From contig OZ037773.1 of the NCBI GenBank assembly GCA_964035545.1, positions 5,237,751-5,301,750 on the forward strand: a stretch of 64,000 nucleotides of DNA. Reading direction: 5' to 3'. The DNA is from Bugula neritina. Taxonomy: Eukaryota > Animalia > Bryozoa. The notes beneath the pieces were generated by a model. It was not told the DNA's origin. It did not search any database and worked only from the letters and a program-made list of their open reading frames with translations. Below are positions 11,656-25,985 of this stretch, piece after piece. A program made the position numbers and the translations under genes. The first letter of the stretch is position 1. Each line of letters begins with the position of its first letter.

Positions 11656-14600
11656 TCAGTATGGATGTCTGAGATTAGGGCTGTTATTGAACTGCCCGTT
11701 GGACGGGAGTATAGTAAAGTGGTTATGTACATCTAGCTCCGTGTGTGTACGATGCAGGGGGGACAAATGCAAGTTATGTCTGAATAGATTCGAGTCGCTT
11801 CTGATATTTGGCAGAATAGACTCTCTTCTTCTTGCCATAGTCTGGTCATACTTTGTCTGCAAGTAAGACGAAACTGCCCAATCAGTGCAGAACACACCTC
11901 CGCAATGTAGCGGAATGTAACGTAACCACTTTATGTCTTAGATATACAATTAAATAATATAAGGCAAAAATTTGTGACTGGAGATAAATTAGAACAAAGT
12001 ATACATAAGAACTATTTACTAGATCGTAAAAAAGACGAAACAAAAATGCATGAGAAAAGTATAAAGAACAAGTAAATGGGCTATATGTACTATCAGTTTG
12101 AGTATAATGCTTCACCAACTTACCTTATTATACATGAGTACACCTAGCACTGCTACCATCATACCACACAGGTTTGATGTAGTCACGGGATTTCTGAGAA
12201 AAAATAGAGATGAAGCAATGATAACGATGCGTTTGGTGGCATTGGCCACAGCATAGCTGACTGGAGTTATGGATGCTATCAGGGTGAATGCTATCACATT
12301 CATCGCAAAGTTAGAAAAACCTGCCAGGACCAGCAATACCACTGATCTCGTCATATTCTCACTTTTCATCTAAAATCAGAAAACTTTTACTATAAACAAG
12401 CATTAAGCAGTATTTTACGTATAACAGGACATCATATTATATGGTTTATATTACTTGATTAGTCATTGGACGCTTTGTATTTATGAGTACACAACTCCAA
12501 ATACAATATAATGACTTTATGGGAATGATGCATCATCATGTGTGATATCCATACACCATTGAAAAGGAAGTCATGGGCATGAGGAAAAATGTCTTAATAC
12601 AACCTTAAAAGTATTCAAATAAATACTAAGAAAAAATAGAGAAGATCATCTGTAATAGTCATATATATTCAACTAGAAGACTCCGAGTGTACTAATTCAA
12701 ACTAAAGAGCCAAACTAATGCAGTGTCCACACTACAGCTAGAAGTGAATGAGATTGCAGCTGTATACTGGTGAATCTGTCTACAGCATGTTAGTAAAGCT
12801 GTTCAAACTGTGCTGTTATATTCAATTATTTGTTATTGCTAGCCCTTTCATATGTAGACACCATTTAAATAAAACCAAAAGCCTAAAAGAAAAAATTCAA
12901 GCATGAAATGGCTAGTATGGCAGAGAATGTAGAGCAGAATTCTTGGTGGTTAGGAGATTAGATTCTTACCAGCTGTTGGTTAGCATAACTGAGTTGACAG
13001 CCTGCAATGTGAACAGCAGGAAATGTGACTATGATTACATAATAGATACACAATTGCTTTTTAGCTGAACTATATAGGAGAATATATAGAGAGCAGCGTG
13101 TGTTTTAGGGTTTTAGAGTATTTGCCTAGTGAGCGAGAAGTCATGGGTTCAAACTTGACAAAGGCCATTGGTGATGTTAGGAAGAGCATCCAGTCATAAT
13201 TAGCCCGATTTAACAAAAACCCTTTCCATCAGGGGTTCTCACAGAGGTAGTGATTATATACTTGAGTGAGTTTTAAATAGGAGAATATACAGCCCAAAAT
13301 ATTGAATAAGCAAAAATTAATAAAAATGGACTCACCACTTTCTCGTCGCCTAGTATACTTCTGAAATCAACAAATGCCCAAATTGGAACAAATAGTAGGA
13401 ATGTTATTTTAGTGATTATGTGCAGCATCCGCAGATGGTGCATGCCTGTTTCTTTGAGAGACTACAAATATATAACAAAGAAAAAACTGATAAAGGAAAA
13501 CAAAATCAATGCATAATTCAATAGTTCAATGTAGTTCAACACACAGCTTGCAGTCTCAAGTGCAACCAAGTTGTGAGTCAACTCAGTGATTAAGTTAAAA
13601 TGTGTGGCAGCAGCTAAGAATAGCATACAATGAAAGTCAGCAATAGTTACTCTTAGTTTTATAATACTATGGACACCAGAGTCAAATGAAACTGTCATCG
13701 GAATGAGCATGAAAATGATTATAAAAAATGTTTGAACATATATACAATCCTCAAACAGTCTGTAGATGACAGCTAAGATATATATGAATATTTTAATATT
13801 GCATAAATGAAGTGTGTCAGGGATTATTTGATCAACAAACAAGTTGTAAGAAATGATTGCTGGATATTCTATTCTAATCAAAGTGAAAAACTTCAATACC
13901 CCCAAAATCATTAAGAGGGGTATCAATTCAATATATCTAAAGCATGATTATTGTTGGAGGAAAAACTGAGAGACGTAGACTAAGTAGTGTAGTGAGTAAC
14001 AGCATACAAAATACTGAAATATGCAGGTACTGCATGACATAACTAGGGCTTACCTTTTTAGTGAATATGTTGAGGCAGGAGAAGCCCATAGTGGCTACTA
14101 GGGCACTAATCAGTCCACCGAGATCAAATGAAGTTTCAGTTGCAGTGGCTATACATACACCCAGAATTATTGGGACGACTGATAAGTACACCTGAATATT
14201 ATATAAAGAAGTTTTAGAATGTTACAATAAGAGAACTGACAACAGAAATCAAATGTTGGTAGTCATTTTGAAAATAATATGCAATATATGCAGATACGCT
14301 CGAAAAAATATTAATAGTAGCCCAATTTCTACAGTCTAGATTTTGCACTTTATAGAATAGACCAGGTTAACCATTTGATTATTTGTAGTGTATCTTATAC
14401 AAAGGGGAAATTCAAACTTACAAGCTACTACAAATAATTCAAAACATTTAAACTTATTATAAACAATTACACAATATGACTAATTGCCTTAACTGAAGCA
14501 GTGAAAATACCAGATAATATCACATACAATGTATGCAGTTTGTTTAGAAACTACAATTACACTTTATCCACCATCTACGATAACAGCATACTTACAGGTA

Positions 14601-15798
14601 GGGTTTGAGTTTCATTCAAAAATATTCTTGAGAAGATAATGGTAAACATGGGCATGGTGGCTTTCACTGAAAAAAACAAATTTTTTTAATAAACAAAGAG
14701 CACAATAAATTTATAGCACACTGCTTGCAAGAAGATTTACATTCAAGTCATGCTTATTTTAGATGAGCCCCTGAAACAGCCGCTTAGAACAGATTGAGCT
14801 CTGAGTATGCTTGAAGCCATTGTACAACTATAAAATTTTAAATTGACATTTACAATGACATTGGTTAATTTTATAAAGTATAGTATTATTAAATAAAATG
14901 AGTCTCAATAAGAATTCTACTATGAGTATATGAACTATATAGATGGTGATAATAAGCTGAGCTTGATGAAGCATAACAAACAGCATATTAATTAATTATA
15001 AAAATCAGTGAATAGGTTTACAATATGCATTGCATCAGTTATTATTGGTTTACTATCCACTTCTAGCTAAACAATCACATAACTATAATCCCAATGATAA
15101 TGATTTATAATTATTAATTAGTATTACCATTGGTATTCAGTATCAGTATGATTCTCAGTGTGAGTTTAGTATGAAGCTTAATTACGGTGGCTAAATAACA
15201 AGATACTTTTTAGGATATTTACATATCTATATTTCTAAATTAACAACTGATGATCTTCACTATCACTATGATGATGATCTGATCATCATCAAAATCTATA
15301 AATGTTGAAAAAAATCAATTTATGCAAATGATTTCATCAGCCAAATCGTATTAAATATCAATGCAACAATGAACAGTCTTTTAAAAAGTAATAGTCTTTA
15401 ATTAAGTTTTAATATAAATCATTGAATCATAAATGCCAAGTAGTGGTAGTAGTACCTGTGTGAGAGTAAGAAACGGTAGCTCGCCACAAGCTGATATGTC
15501 CTGACACAGAAGTGATAAACTTTCCAAATGCAAGAGGAAAAATCATAGTAAAATAATAACGCCATGACATCATTATACTGTCTATAGGAGGAATACGCCA
15601 TACTTTTAATACAGGTTGCAAATAAATCCAAATACTCAACAGTTGCACCATCGAGACAGTCATAGGGTATGGAAAGTCTATTAAAAGTGTTTTTGTTAGA
15701 ATATTTGTGGTAGAAGAAATAGCATACCATGCCACACAGAGACATAAAATTCTTATAATATCTTTAGTAGTAAACTCAGTATCCTGGTTGTAACCCAT
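11656..15798 (-). CDS. SLC35E1: Solute carrier family 35 member E1 (triose-phosphate/nucleotide-sugar transporter family), ~374 aa
   Basis: complement(join(11656..11856,12124..12369,13336..13461,14054..14191,14596..14666,15456..15798)), 1125 nt, in frame. Motifs [61 protein letters not shown]. Confidence 0.93.
13087..13276 (+). mobile_element. tRNA-derived SINE, degenerate copy
   Basis: B-box-like GGTTCAAAC, body GGAAGAGCATCCAG...AAAACCCTTTCC shared with the 31089 copy, and a 13-bp flanking direct repeat ATAGGAGAATATA (13074-13086 / 13277-13289). Confidence 0.7.
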
Positions 15799-17683
15799 TG
15801 TAATTATAAATTATAAATAATAAATATCTATAGCATTATAAGTTTAAAATATTGTAAAAAAGTCGAAAAAATACCATAGAGAAAGTACAAGTGTACACGC
15901 CGATAGGCTTCCGCTTTTTAATAACACCCAAATAGTATTTTAATTTAGTGTACTCGATTATTAGTAAAAAAAATTTTAGACATGATATTTTGTATTATTA
16001 AGTTTTTGAATTGTTAATTATTAAAAAAATTCACAAATTTAAATGTAATTCACTGCTTGATCAAAACCCAAATTGGTATTTAATAAGACTACAATTATGG
16101 CTTTGGAGTTGTGACACAGATACTACTACGGCCTGCAATCACAACAAGTCATGAACACCTCAGTGGCTCAGTGCTTATTGTTTTCAAAGTCATCTTCTCG
16201 TTTTATAACTTTTATAAGAGGCTATAATTACAAAAGTGATGCAAGTTTCTTCATACACACATAAATACATAACATCGGAGTATATTATTATGAGTCTTAG
16301 ACTCTTAGCTTTTATAGCAAATAAGAAGTAACACATATCAGTTTATCACAAGGACATTGCACTGGCTAATTAGTGCTATTTGTGAGAGAGCAAATACTGC
16401 TGCATTTCAAACGGTGATTTGATGGGTCTAAGTTTAGTCAAGTCTGGATTGTTCCTTTTTGATCATTTTTAACAGCAATAACTTTACGTTTTACTTCAAA
16501 TGCGGACACAGTACAGAGATAGCTGTCCACAAAGTGGCATGGTCAGAAGCGAGCTTTGTCCAACTGCTGTGGGTCACACTCAAGTCGTTTAGGAGAAATT
16601 TTGAGTTGGTATTTTTCCATCTTTCAGGCAAATTAAGCTAGCTTTCAAAAATTTATACTAAAATGATGTTTAAAATGCATAGCTAATAAGTAGTAACCAC
16701 AAATTTTTATAAGAAATACTTAATTATTTTACAACCTCTATCTATAATTAGTACAATTTTTTAAGTCTACATAAGATCAACTGCAAGTTTAGGACTGTTA
16801 AAAAGTTTCTGGTCATCTATTATTTTGCTGCTCACTGAATGAGAAACTGATGACACATCACCAGTTATAACCTGAGCTGCTCCTTTATAACATGTTAGTC
16901 ACTTCAATCATCAATTCTAAATATGCTTATAATGACTAATGCATTGAAAATGTTAAAACGGAATGCAATATTATAGCCCTGTATACTTCAACATCATTAC
17001 TAAAGTGTTACGCTTAAATTCAATTTGAATACAAGAATATTATTAAACAGTCAAATATTTATTTAAATACATATTTCTGTGATAGAACATGTATTTAATA
17101 TATTAATTATACTGGTTTACATTAGAAAAAATTCTAACAAAAATAACTGATTAAAAATTTAAGAACCAACTTGCATATCTAGACAATTAATAATAATATA
17201 TAAAATATAAACATTATATAAATAACAGATTGCCTAATGCAGGTCTACAAAATCCTGTAAAGGAAAAAACTGGCAGAAAAAATGAGTGAAATGTAAAGAA
17301 AGGCTCCACACACAAGCTCAGCGAATCTAAACAAGGTGTGCATAGTATAGAGTAAACTTTACTTAAATCACAGTCTACACCAAAACTGGTAATACTCAGC
17401 ATTTACTGCTGTTCATGTCAATACACACCTAAAAAGTATATCTATAACAAGAAATGCTAAGCAACTCCAAAGCTTTCACCACATCAAATTTCCACACAAC
17501 ACAATTATATGATAGAAGAAAGCAAAAAACTATTATCAAAATCAAAATCATAGAAATTATGCTTTAAAGGAATGTTAGGGAATATTTGCTAGCAAGTGAA
17601 TTGGACCTCAGCTACCATACCATTGTGTCACTATCAGATAAGAGTCACATCACAAGTGAAACTCTTTCACCACTTGTCGTGAG

Positions 17684-19170
17684 CTAAGTGCTGCCAGAGA
17701 TAAACACAGCATGGTCAGCTTCAGGTATGCATATACTACAGTCCTCTGGAAAGTAGACTTGGGCTAAGACACTCATGCATGTAGTATCTAGAACTATCAA
17801 TCTATCTTTCCCTGTGGCATAGTCTAACATGCTGACCAACAGCACTCCTGCAAACAAATTAGACAGCACCATTAAAATTTTACAAATCAGGCAATTTTGA
17901 AGCAGTTATTCATGCTAATTTTTGTCATAAAAGTACACATGCGATGCACTCTTATGTGATGACTTTGAGTGTAAACACATGAATTCCAAGTGATTATATT
18001 CTTGTGACTACACAATTCCAGGCAATGCTGAAACTCAATGAGAATCAGCACTTAAATTGCTTAGAGTAAAGAATTCAGTTGAATAGAGTGACTCAGTTAC
18101 TTCACATTTTCAACATTTCAATCTAGGTTTGTTGAAGCACCATTTAAAGGCATCTCTTCACTTATTAATAAAACACCTGTTTATAAGAAAGTTGGGTATT
18201 TTTGCCTTCCTAATGAGTAATAAACATAAACATAAACCAGTGCTCTAAATTCTTATTACTACTAGTAAGGTCTTTTACTTGCAGTGAATCTATAAAATAC
18301 AATATGAAGTGCGCGGTTAAGGAGTTGTTTTTCCTATCTAAAAATGGAATTTAGACTTTGTCTCATAATTCTTTATCTATATAGTTGACAGACTGATAGC
18401 CTTGCTAGTTGATAAAGTACAGCAGCTAGCTTATAAGGTGCACACAGATAAGATTTCCCACTTTATCACAGTGCTAGCAACTATCATAAGGTTAAAGATC
18501 GCATACCGTCATCTTCAGATGAGCCGGCGGGATTAGCTACGAACACCGGCTCACTAAGAAACTGCTCCTTCTCAGCTTCCCATGATGTCATTTCCTTCGT
18601 CTTTACATCAAATTTTCCTATCTACATAAATACAAACAAATCATATGATGTAAATAAATACATAATTTCAATCACACAATAACTCAGTTTATAGTTTGAC
18701 AATGTTGTAGATGTGTGATGTTTCACATTAGCAAGTTGGAGCCAAAAATTAAAGTTTGGTAAGAGTTAATGAAAATTTACTATGGGGTAATTTTATGTGC
18801 TGATTCTAACTGCGCATAGCAAAAAAGGCTAGGAGAAAGTCCTGCAACATTAAAGAGCAACACCATTCTCATATGTGCTAAACATATATAGGCAGACCGT
18901 GTCGGTTTTTCTATCACAGTCCACAAATCCCAATTTACTAAATGATTAGGAAAAACATAGGAAATCAAGCAACATAAAAAAGAGCCTTGATTATTTAGTT
19001 GTATTCAATATTTAATTAGCTTAAGGCAAAAACCCATATATACGGTAGCAGCTAAATTGTGAAAAATAGCTAAAAACTCGATATATACAGTGTGTACTAA
19101 ATAAAGTAAAATGACCGTAGTGCTGCATTTCAAACTGAAAGCAAGCACCAATACTTCAACTATTATAAAG

Positions 19171-19249
<79 letters not shown>

Positions 19250-22200
19250 CTGTATCTCATATATTCACAGAACACATTTAATAGCACACAAAGCAGTGCC
19301 TATACTTACAGCAAACTCTAAGCACTTGCTTTCTCCATATCCACCTGCATACAGGTAGGTGTACGGTTTACCAGTTACTGCAGTGTTGATGCACGGAAAC
19401 TGCAATCCATCTGAAAGATTAAAAACGGTAAATGCTGTGACACCGCAAGGACAAACTGTTGTGACATCACAGAGAACTGCTGTGACATAATAGAAAATGT
19501 TGTAAGTTGACAAAAAAACCTGTTGTGATGTCACAGAGCTGCTGTGAGACCACAATGATCAGTTGTTACGTCACAGAGAGTATTGCACTAGCTGCAGCTT
19601 TTAAAACCACCTAGAAATCTGACATTTATACCACAAGTTCTCTTTCAACTGTTTTAATTTCGAGGCTGATTTTGGTTATGGCCTATGACGTGGCAAAGTG
19701 TGTCTAGGGGGGTGACAAGTGCTGATCACCACTATGCCCCTATCCTTCACCTACATAACAATGTCTCTGAAAATCTGTGCTATAGTAAGCACCATGTTAT
19801 TGGCCGATCAGTTCAACAGATTAACAAACAGATTCCATTCCTGCTGATCGATATGATTTGACGCTGAAGATATAATAGTTGATGGCACGTCCACAAACAC
19901 ATCTTAAAGAGCCATAAGGTCTAAATTATGGTCTAATAGACTCAAAATTGATATTTTTAAAAAAATGAATAAAGTTCAGGTAATTATTTCAAGTACTGCA
20001 GACCCCAAGCATATAGAATACAGATCACTATCTACAGAGATATACAACATACACACTCTCAATACTATTTGCCCCCTTACTGCTGTTGAATTAAGTTGCA
20101 CTTAAGAAATTAAATTTTCTGATAGAAAAGTATCAACTTACCTCCAGCACACAGTGGACGGCTTTTAAGTCTCAGAAGAGAGGAACTCTGCTTCACTGCT
20201 TCAGCTTGTTCAGATTCAAGTTTCACCAGATTCGCGCCTTTGTCGGCTTTGGTGATCTTCTGTTAGACAAAAAAATCACTGGATAAAAAATTTGATTATA
20301 AAAAACATTATTTAATTACATAATTTTAAACACTAAGTTGCAGTAAATGGCTGTTTATACGTACTATATTTAAAAAATTATTCTCACTAACATTAATATA
20401 ATGGGTTGACTTCAATACAGCATAGCATAGCAACTGATAAATATTTTATCTTTAAAAAAATTACCTTCAACTTCCACAAATGTATAAAATATCACTTATT
20501 CATTAAGATTTCAAGTATGGCCAGAAGAGAAAAATGTGAAGTTAATTCAGATTGAACTACACATTGAATACATTTCGATAATATAGCTATTCAACTTGAT
20601 TCCCTGTTGATGATGTTAGTACATTGTGTCATAACTAGCAAATGATACAATATAAGTATAGCAACTCACGTCTTCATTGGTTGGAATGACGAACCTCAAA
20701 GGTGGGCTCTCTTTTGATGAAGACCCAGCAGCAGTTGGGTCAAAGTTAGGCTGAGCCATAGTTTTTCTAGGTATAAACCAGTCTGTAAAATATATAGCTC
20801 ATCATCTCAGATTTTGCAAGACGAAAAGCCACAATATGTCAGAAATATTAAAGTTTGCGAAAAGTTGAATGGCTGTTTAGAAAGTAGAGAAGTTGAAGTG
20901 ATAGACATCAGCTAGCATAAAGCAAATTCAATTTTTTTTTATAACTTCTAACAATACCAAATGAAAAATAAAATTTCATATCAAAAATAAAGCATTTCGG
21001 TCACATTGCAATATTTTATATTTTCACAAAAAATCAAATATATATTTTCGTATTTTAGAGCTTATTTAAATGAATCAAAACTTTAAAGCTCTTCAGTCAC
21101 TGTACCTTGTATGTATACTGAGACTATTCCTTTTATACGAGTCACACATGAAACAAGTATAAAGAAACAGTGAGATATGTGAGAGAAAAGAAGACAAACC
21201 TTTAAACTCCAAGTCGCGTAGATTAAACATATCCAACACCAAATGGTCGCCATCTTCATATGCGTTTGATGAGTGCATGAGAAGAAATGGGTCAGACTCA
21301 ATCTTCTGGGGAATGGGTCGACCAGTGCGTCGGTTGAACACGTGGAACTTGCACTACCAGGGAGAAAGACAATTTCATGCTAGTTCTCTGGACAAACCCG
21401 TTAATAAAATCAACAAGTTACATTTATAAAATGCTTTTTAGTGAACACTTAGAAACTGCATAGTGTTCACATGGCAACAATCAATATTGTGTGAAAATTC
21501 ATTTTATAATGTTTGCTATTGCAAACACTTGAAATATCTTTGTGTGAATGGCTAAATTTGTGTTCATTATGACAATTCCACATGGTGACATTTCTTTTTA
21601 TTCTATTTCTCTTAGAATGTAAACGGACATTAAAAAGAAAAAAAAACATGTGTAGTGTTCCATACCATGATAAATATTTAAAGAGAGATGATTGACTGAT
21701 TTATTAGATATCACAGACATGAAAAAAGTTGTGAAACTCAGAGTAAATACTGGCTATAATAAGCGGTCGTGAACAAAATTGGAAAAAAGTCAGAACTCTG
21801 TTGGAGTATTTAGAATAAAAGATCATTCAAAGTATTTACAAATTATTACTACGGTAAATTGAGAAAACGGGCTGATATCAAACAACACTAACCGTGACTG
21901 ATGGGTCCCATTTAAGAGCTTCCTGTATAGTACCCTTTGTTAGTATCTTCAATACATTGATCTCCAACGGGCACTGGATGAAAATCATATAAAATAAGTA
22001 GCTAAAATCATAGAGAGCTGTGCATTAATAGTAATTAAATGGTATTACTGCAAACCTCCACCACACAGAACAGTAACATGTAATACAAACTTCAGAAATT
22101 CAAACAAATAGAAAGAGTCTGCAAAGTAACATAAATTACAATTTGGGAATCAAGTGTAAAGTCATTAGATCTGGACTATCACATTAGATGAGCAATTAAT

Positions 22201-25041
22201 TAGAATTGTAAACTGAACACTCTTACTATAAATAAAATTATAAGAATCATATATCTGAGTTTAAAATAAACTTCAAATGAATTCTAAAACTCTAATGAGT
22301 TGAGGAGCCACATTCAAATTGAAGTTTTGGTCTGAACAAAACATCTTATTAACGTGTCTCATGATTGAACTAAAAAGCAAGTTGGTACCACTAAACTAGT
22401 GAAGCAGATATAATAAACACAAACATATATAAATACCATGAATTACTGTATTAGCAATATTTAACATGTGATAATATGCACGGCACCACATAACAAGTGA
22501 CTGTATGAATGACACTACATAACAAGTGCCCTACAAGTGAGATAGACAATAACTAACTCAATCCCACCTCAATGATAACAAAGAAGTTTTCGGTCATGAA
22601 GAATGTGTGATGTGACGTAGGCGTGACTTTAAATTGTCCCGGAACGGTGAACACCATTTCTGCTGCAGCAAAACTTGACATCACTGAAAACAAAGTCGTA
22701 CATAATCTGAGTGATCTTTGTACTAACCAATACTACTCGCTGTAACACATGAGAATATGAACTTAGACGAATCTCAAGTGGGACTTTCAAGTGTGTATTA
22801 ATACAAGAAGCAACATCATGAGACAATAACAATATTATATACTTAGTTGGACTATTTTAAACTATTTTAAACTAAGCAGAAAGTTGGTAAACAGCAGTGT
22901 TTGGCTAAAAGGAAAACCAAACAAAAAGACTTGCAAAACTCACAAAAATTATTACTTTTTTACCTGTGAAAACATTACAGAAATGAGATTCAAGTCAGAT
23001 AACAGCAAATAATATATAATTTCCGAATATAAAGATAAGTACCATCTCCTTTGGGTGGAACTCTCACAATATGGTATGAGGGTCTACCGCGTACGTGTGA
23101 TCCTAACAAGTATAGGCAGCCATCTTTGTCTATGTGCACGTGCTCAGAGACGATGTCAACACCCAGGCTCTCTGGCAACGTAAGCTGCAAACAAACAATT
23201 GACTCAAGTTTTTATCATGTAACAACTTCATGCTTGGGTAGAATTGGCAAGTGCGCAGCAAAATTTGCAAAGTATAAATAGGGAGAGGGGAAGTGTGAAT
23301 TTAATCCGCCACATAGTAAGTATGCTAATCAACTAAACCTCAATCTAATAATTTATATCAACATCAAAGAATATTTTCCTAATAAAATCCTAATATTTAC
23401 TGCAATTTCAAAACTTCAAGTTTTTAAACTAAAAGCTTACTATTATAATTCCTAAACTTATTCCAATTTTAAATACAGACCTTCATACGGTGTTCTAGAG
23501 TGACAGGGTCAAGGACAGACATGGGCAGACCAATAGCAAGCAAGACATCAGCTTCTTTCCAGTAACATATGTTATGATTGACGTTGTCACTCAATTCTGC
23601 GTCTCCTTTGATCATACTTTTCAACCTGCAACATCACAAATATTAGCCTAGTCAATACACAACTATTGCCTGAACTAACAACCATTTGTAAACAAAAATG
23701 TAGTTCACACATGAAAAGTCAAAATTAGATAAGAAATTAAAAGCAGTTCAGCGTTAGCACCTTAAAATAAAACATGAAACAAAACAATAATTGAGAAATA
23801 AATACCAATAAAAATGGTTATTGACCATTTTATTACATATATTGAGAAATAAAAATGCAATTTTACTGGTACTTCTTACTTGGCAAATCTGCCCTTGGAG
23901 GGATCAGGGGAAACTGGTGTTCCAAATTCAGCACACACAAACCTCTTTGCCTCCGAATTCTTCTTCAGTATATCAGAAGAAACAAACCTATAAACATTAA
24001 AGAATCGTTTTACCTCATGTAAAGAGAAAGAAACCAACACCCAGTAAAAAAAATCATCTAAAATATGATGGTTTATCAGAGAGTGAAAATCCACCATACA
24101 GAAACTAAGCATCACCGATATACATTTCTATACAGATGCGACTGCATTGGATTAGGAATACACACACTACAAGCTGTGGCTTAGAGTGTAGAGGGACTGG
24201 CACCCATACTGACCTGCTCTTGAATGTCACTCCGCCATCTTGGATATTGAAAGCATGCAGAAGTCCCATACCATCCATGGGGAGCGCAGCTTCAAACTCA
24301 CCAAACTCAAACAGACCCGGGCCAATTCTTACCAGTTGCCCATTCAACCAACTGGGTATGTCACCTAAACACATCTGATACTATTATCTTTGCACACACT
24401 TTAGCATAGCACATGGAAATATAAATAAACTCTTATTGAAATAAGCATATAGTTATACAATAGATGTGACATTGCATTTATACTGTCGAGAATCTATATA
24501 GCACTGCTAATAAATGAGACAGATGCATGTGCATGCATATTAGAACAAACATGGATTTACATGAGAGGCAATCATTAAACCAAGAAGAGAATACCGTATT
24601 AGAGACATAGAACAGATTGAGGAAGTTGTGGATGTATATCAAAACTGGGGCTAGAGCTTGGAGTTGGTGTTAACAGGACTTCATATAAACAATGTTCATA
24701 TCACCATGTCTCACTAATAAATGTGATTATGACTATATAATTTCAAGTATGTAGGACAATCTATTTTCATTGCCTTTTTAAAATTTCAAAAGTTCTAGCT
24801 AGTATGTGCAGTAAATCTAAAACATGCACTAATAAATTGTAATAAATCTTACGATCAAGGCACTTCTGACCTCAAATTATTATTTGTGTTTAAAATATTA
24901 CTGAAAAAAAGGATATATATTATTTAAAGAGTACAAAAATCCTCTTACACAAAATTAAATCAACCTACCCTCCACTCTCATGGTCACAGGATCAAGCACC
25001 TCAGCCTGACTGGTATATGGGACTCTACTAGTAGCTGCCAT
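17684..25041 (-). CDS. Carotenoid cleavage oxygenase (BCO1/BCO2/RPE65/NinaB family), divergent, ~526 aa
   Basis: 13 coding exons: 24969-25041, 24214-24364, 23880-23987, 23481-23625, 23043-23184, 22568-22683, 21893-21973, 21200-21353, 20670-20782, 20142-20259, 19310-19410, 18507-18621, 17684-17847 (1581 nt, in frame). Motifs GDIPSWLNGQLVRIGPG, EFGT-PDP, HTFFMTENF, HSSNAYEDG, SEPVFV-P-EDDGVLL and a C-terminal His. Confidence 0.92.
19174..19246. repeat. (TA)n microsatellite
   Basis: Roughly 36 uninterrupted TA units. Confidence 0.98.
19434..19580. repeat. Degenerate ~20-bp minisatellite (CTGYTGTGACATCACAGAGAA-like)
   Basis: About 6-7 diverged units starting ~24 nt upstream of the acceptor of oxygenase exon 11. 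Confidence 0.65.
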
Positions 25042-25985
25042 TTCGGATCCTGAAAGAAATGAAGGTGTTGACACTGTTTTACAATAACTAGCTAGAACTT
25101 GTGCAATTAGTTTGCCAAACAATATAGAACTTTTGAGTATAAAGTTAGGTTTAAAAATATATTTTAGAAACATAAATTTATGAGCAAAGTATTAATTTAC
25201 ATATTAGTCTAATAAAAAGTAAATATAGAAGAGTATGGGGCAGAGATAGTTTTCATGACACCTTGTAAATACTTCAAGTGATATTTTATTTTAGATAATT
25301 CAACACAGTTCTTACTCTTTTTTCTAATTTTGTTCATGTCTACTTATTATGATCAGTATTTACACTAAATTTCACAACGTGTTTTCATGTCTGTGATATG
25401 TAATAAATCAATTGATCAATCAAATAAAAAAATTTCATAAATAATGCAAGACATTAGAAAACAAACTTTACTTAATTTAAATATTATACTAACATGATAA
25501 CCACAATTCTATTAAATACCAACAGCAATACTGAAAATATGACAAAGGAATTTCATTTATTTGGTATGTGGATGTTACATAGTAAAAAAATGATAACCGG
25601 TTTGATTCAAGCTGAAACAGTGGTATATAAATAATGCGAGTATAAGTACAATGACTCAGCAGGCTGGTAAGTAACTAAATTTGAGCGATCAACTTAAAAT
25701 GATAATCTTAATATAAAACTAAAACTGCCATAGTAAGTTAAGTGCGCACTGTTAAGTATTCACTAGGGACACCAATTGCCACTTAGCTACACACACAGCT
25801 ATAGGAACACTGTGTGAAAGACTAAGTCATGTACGTGTCAGGTGTACAGATGCAGACTGAGAGACAGCATGAGGCATCAAGAAAAACCGTAATTTAGCTT
25901 TAGCAACATGATTTAGATTAACTTAATGCATTATGAGAAGTCAAGTTAACATTAACAACCATGAAAACAAATGTATAATTATCAT

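Noticed and set aside
13462-13926. 154-aa hydrophobic ORF
   Set aside because: It lies inside SLC35E1 intron 3, has no recognisable motif, and looks like a chance ORF in AT-rich DNA.
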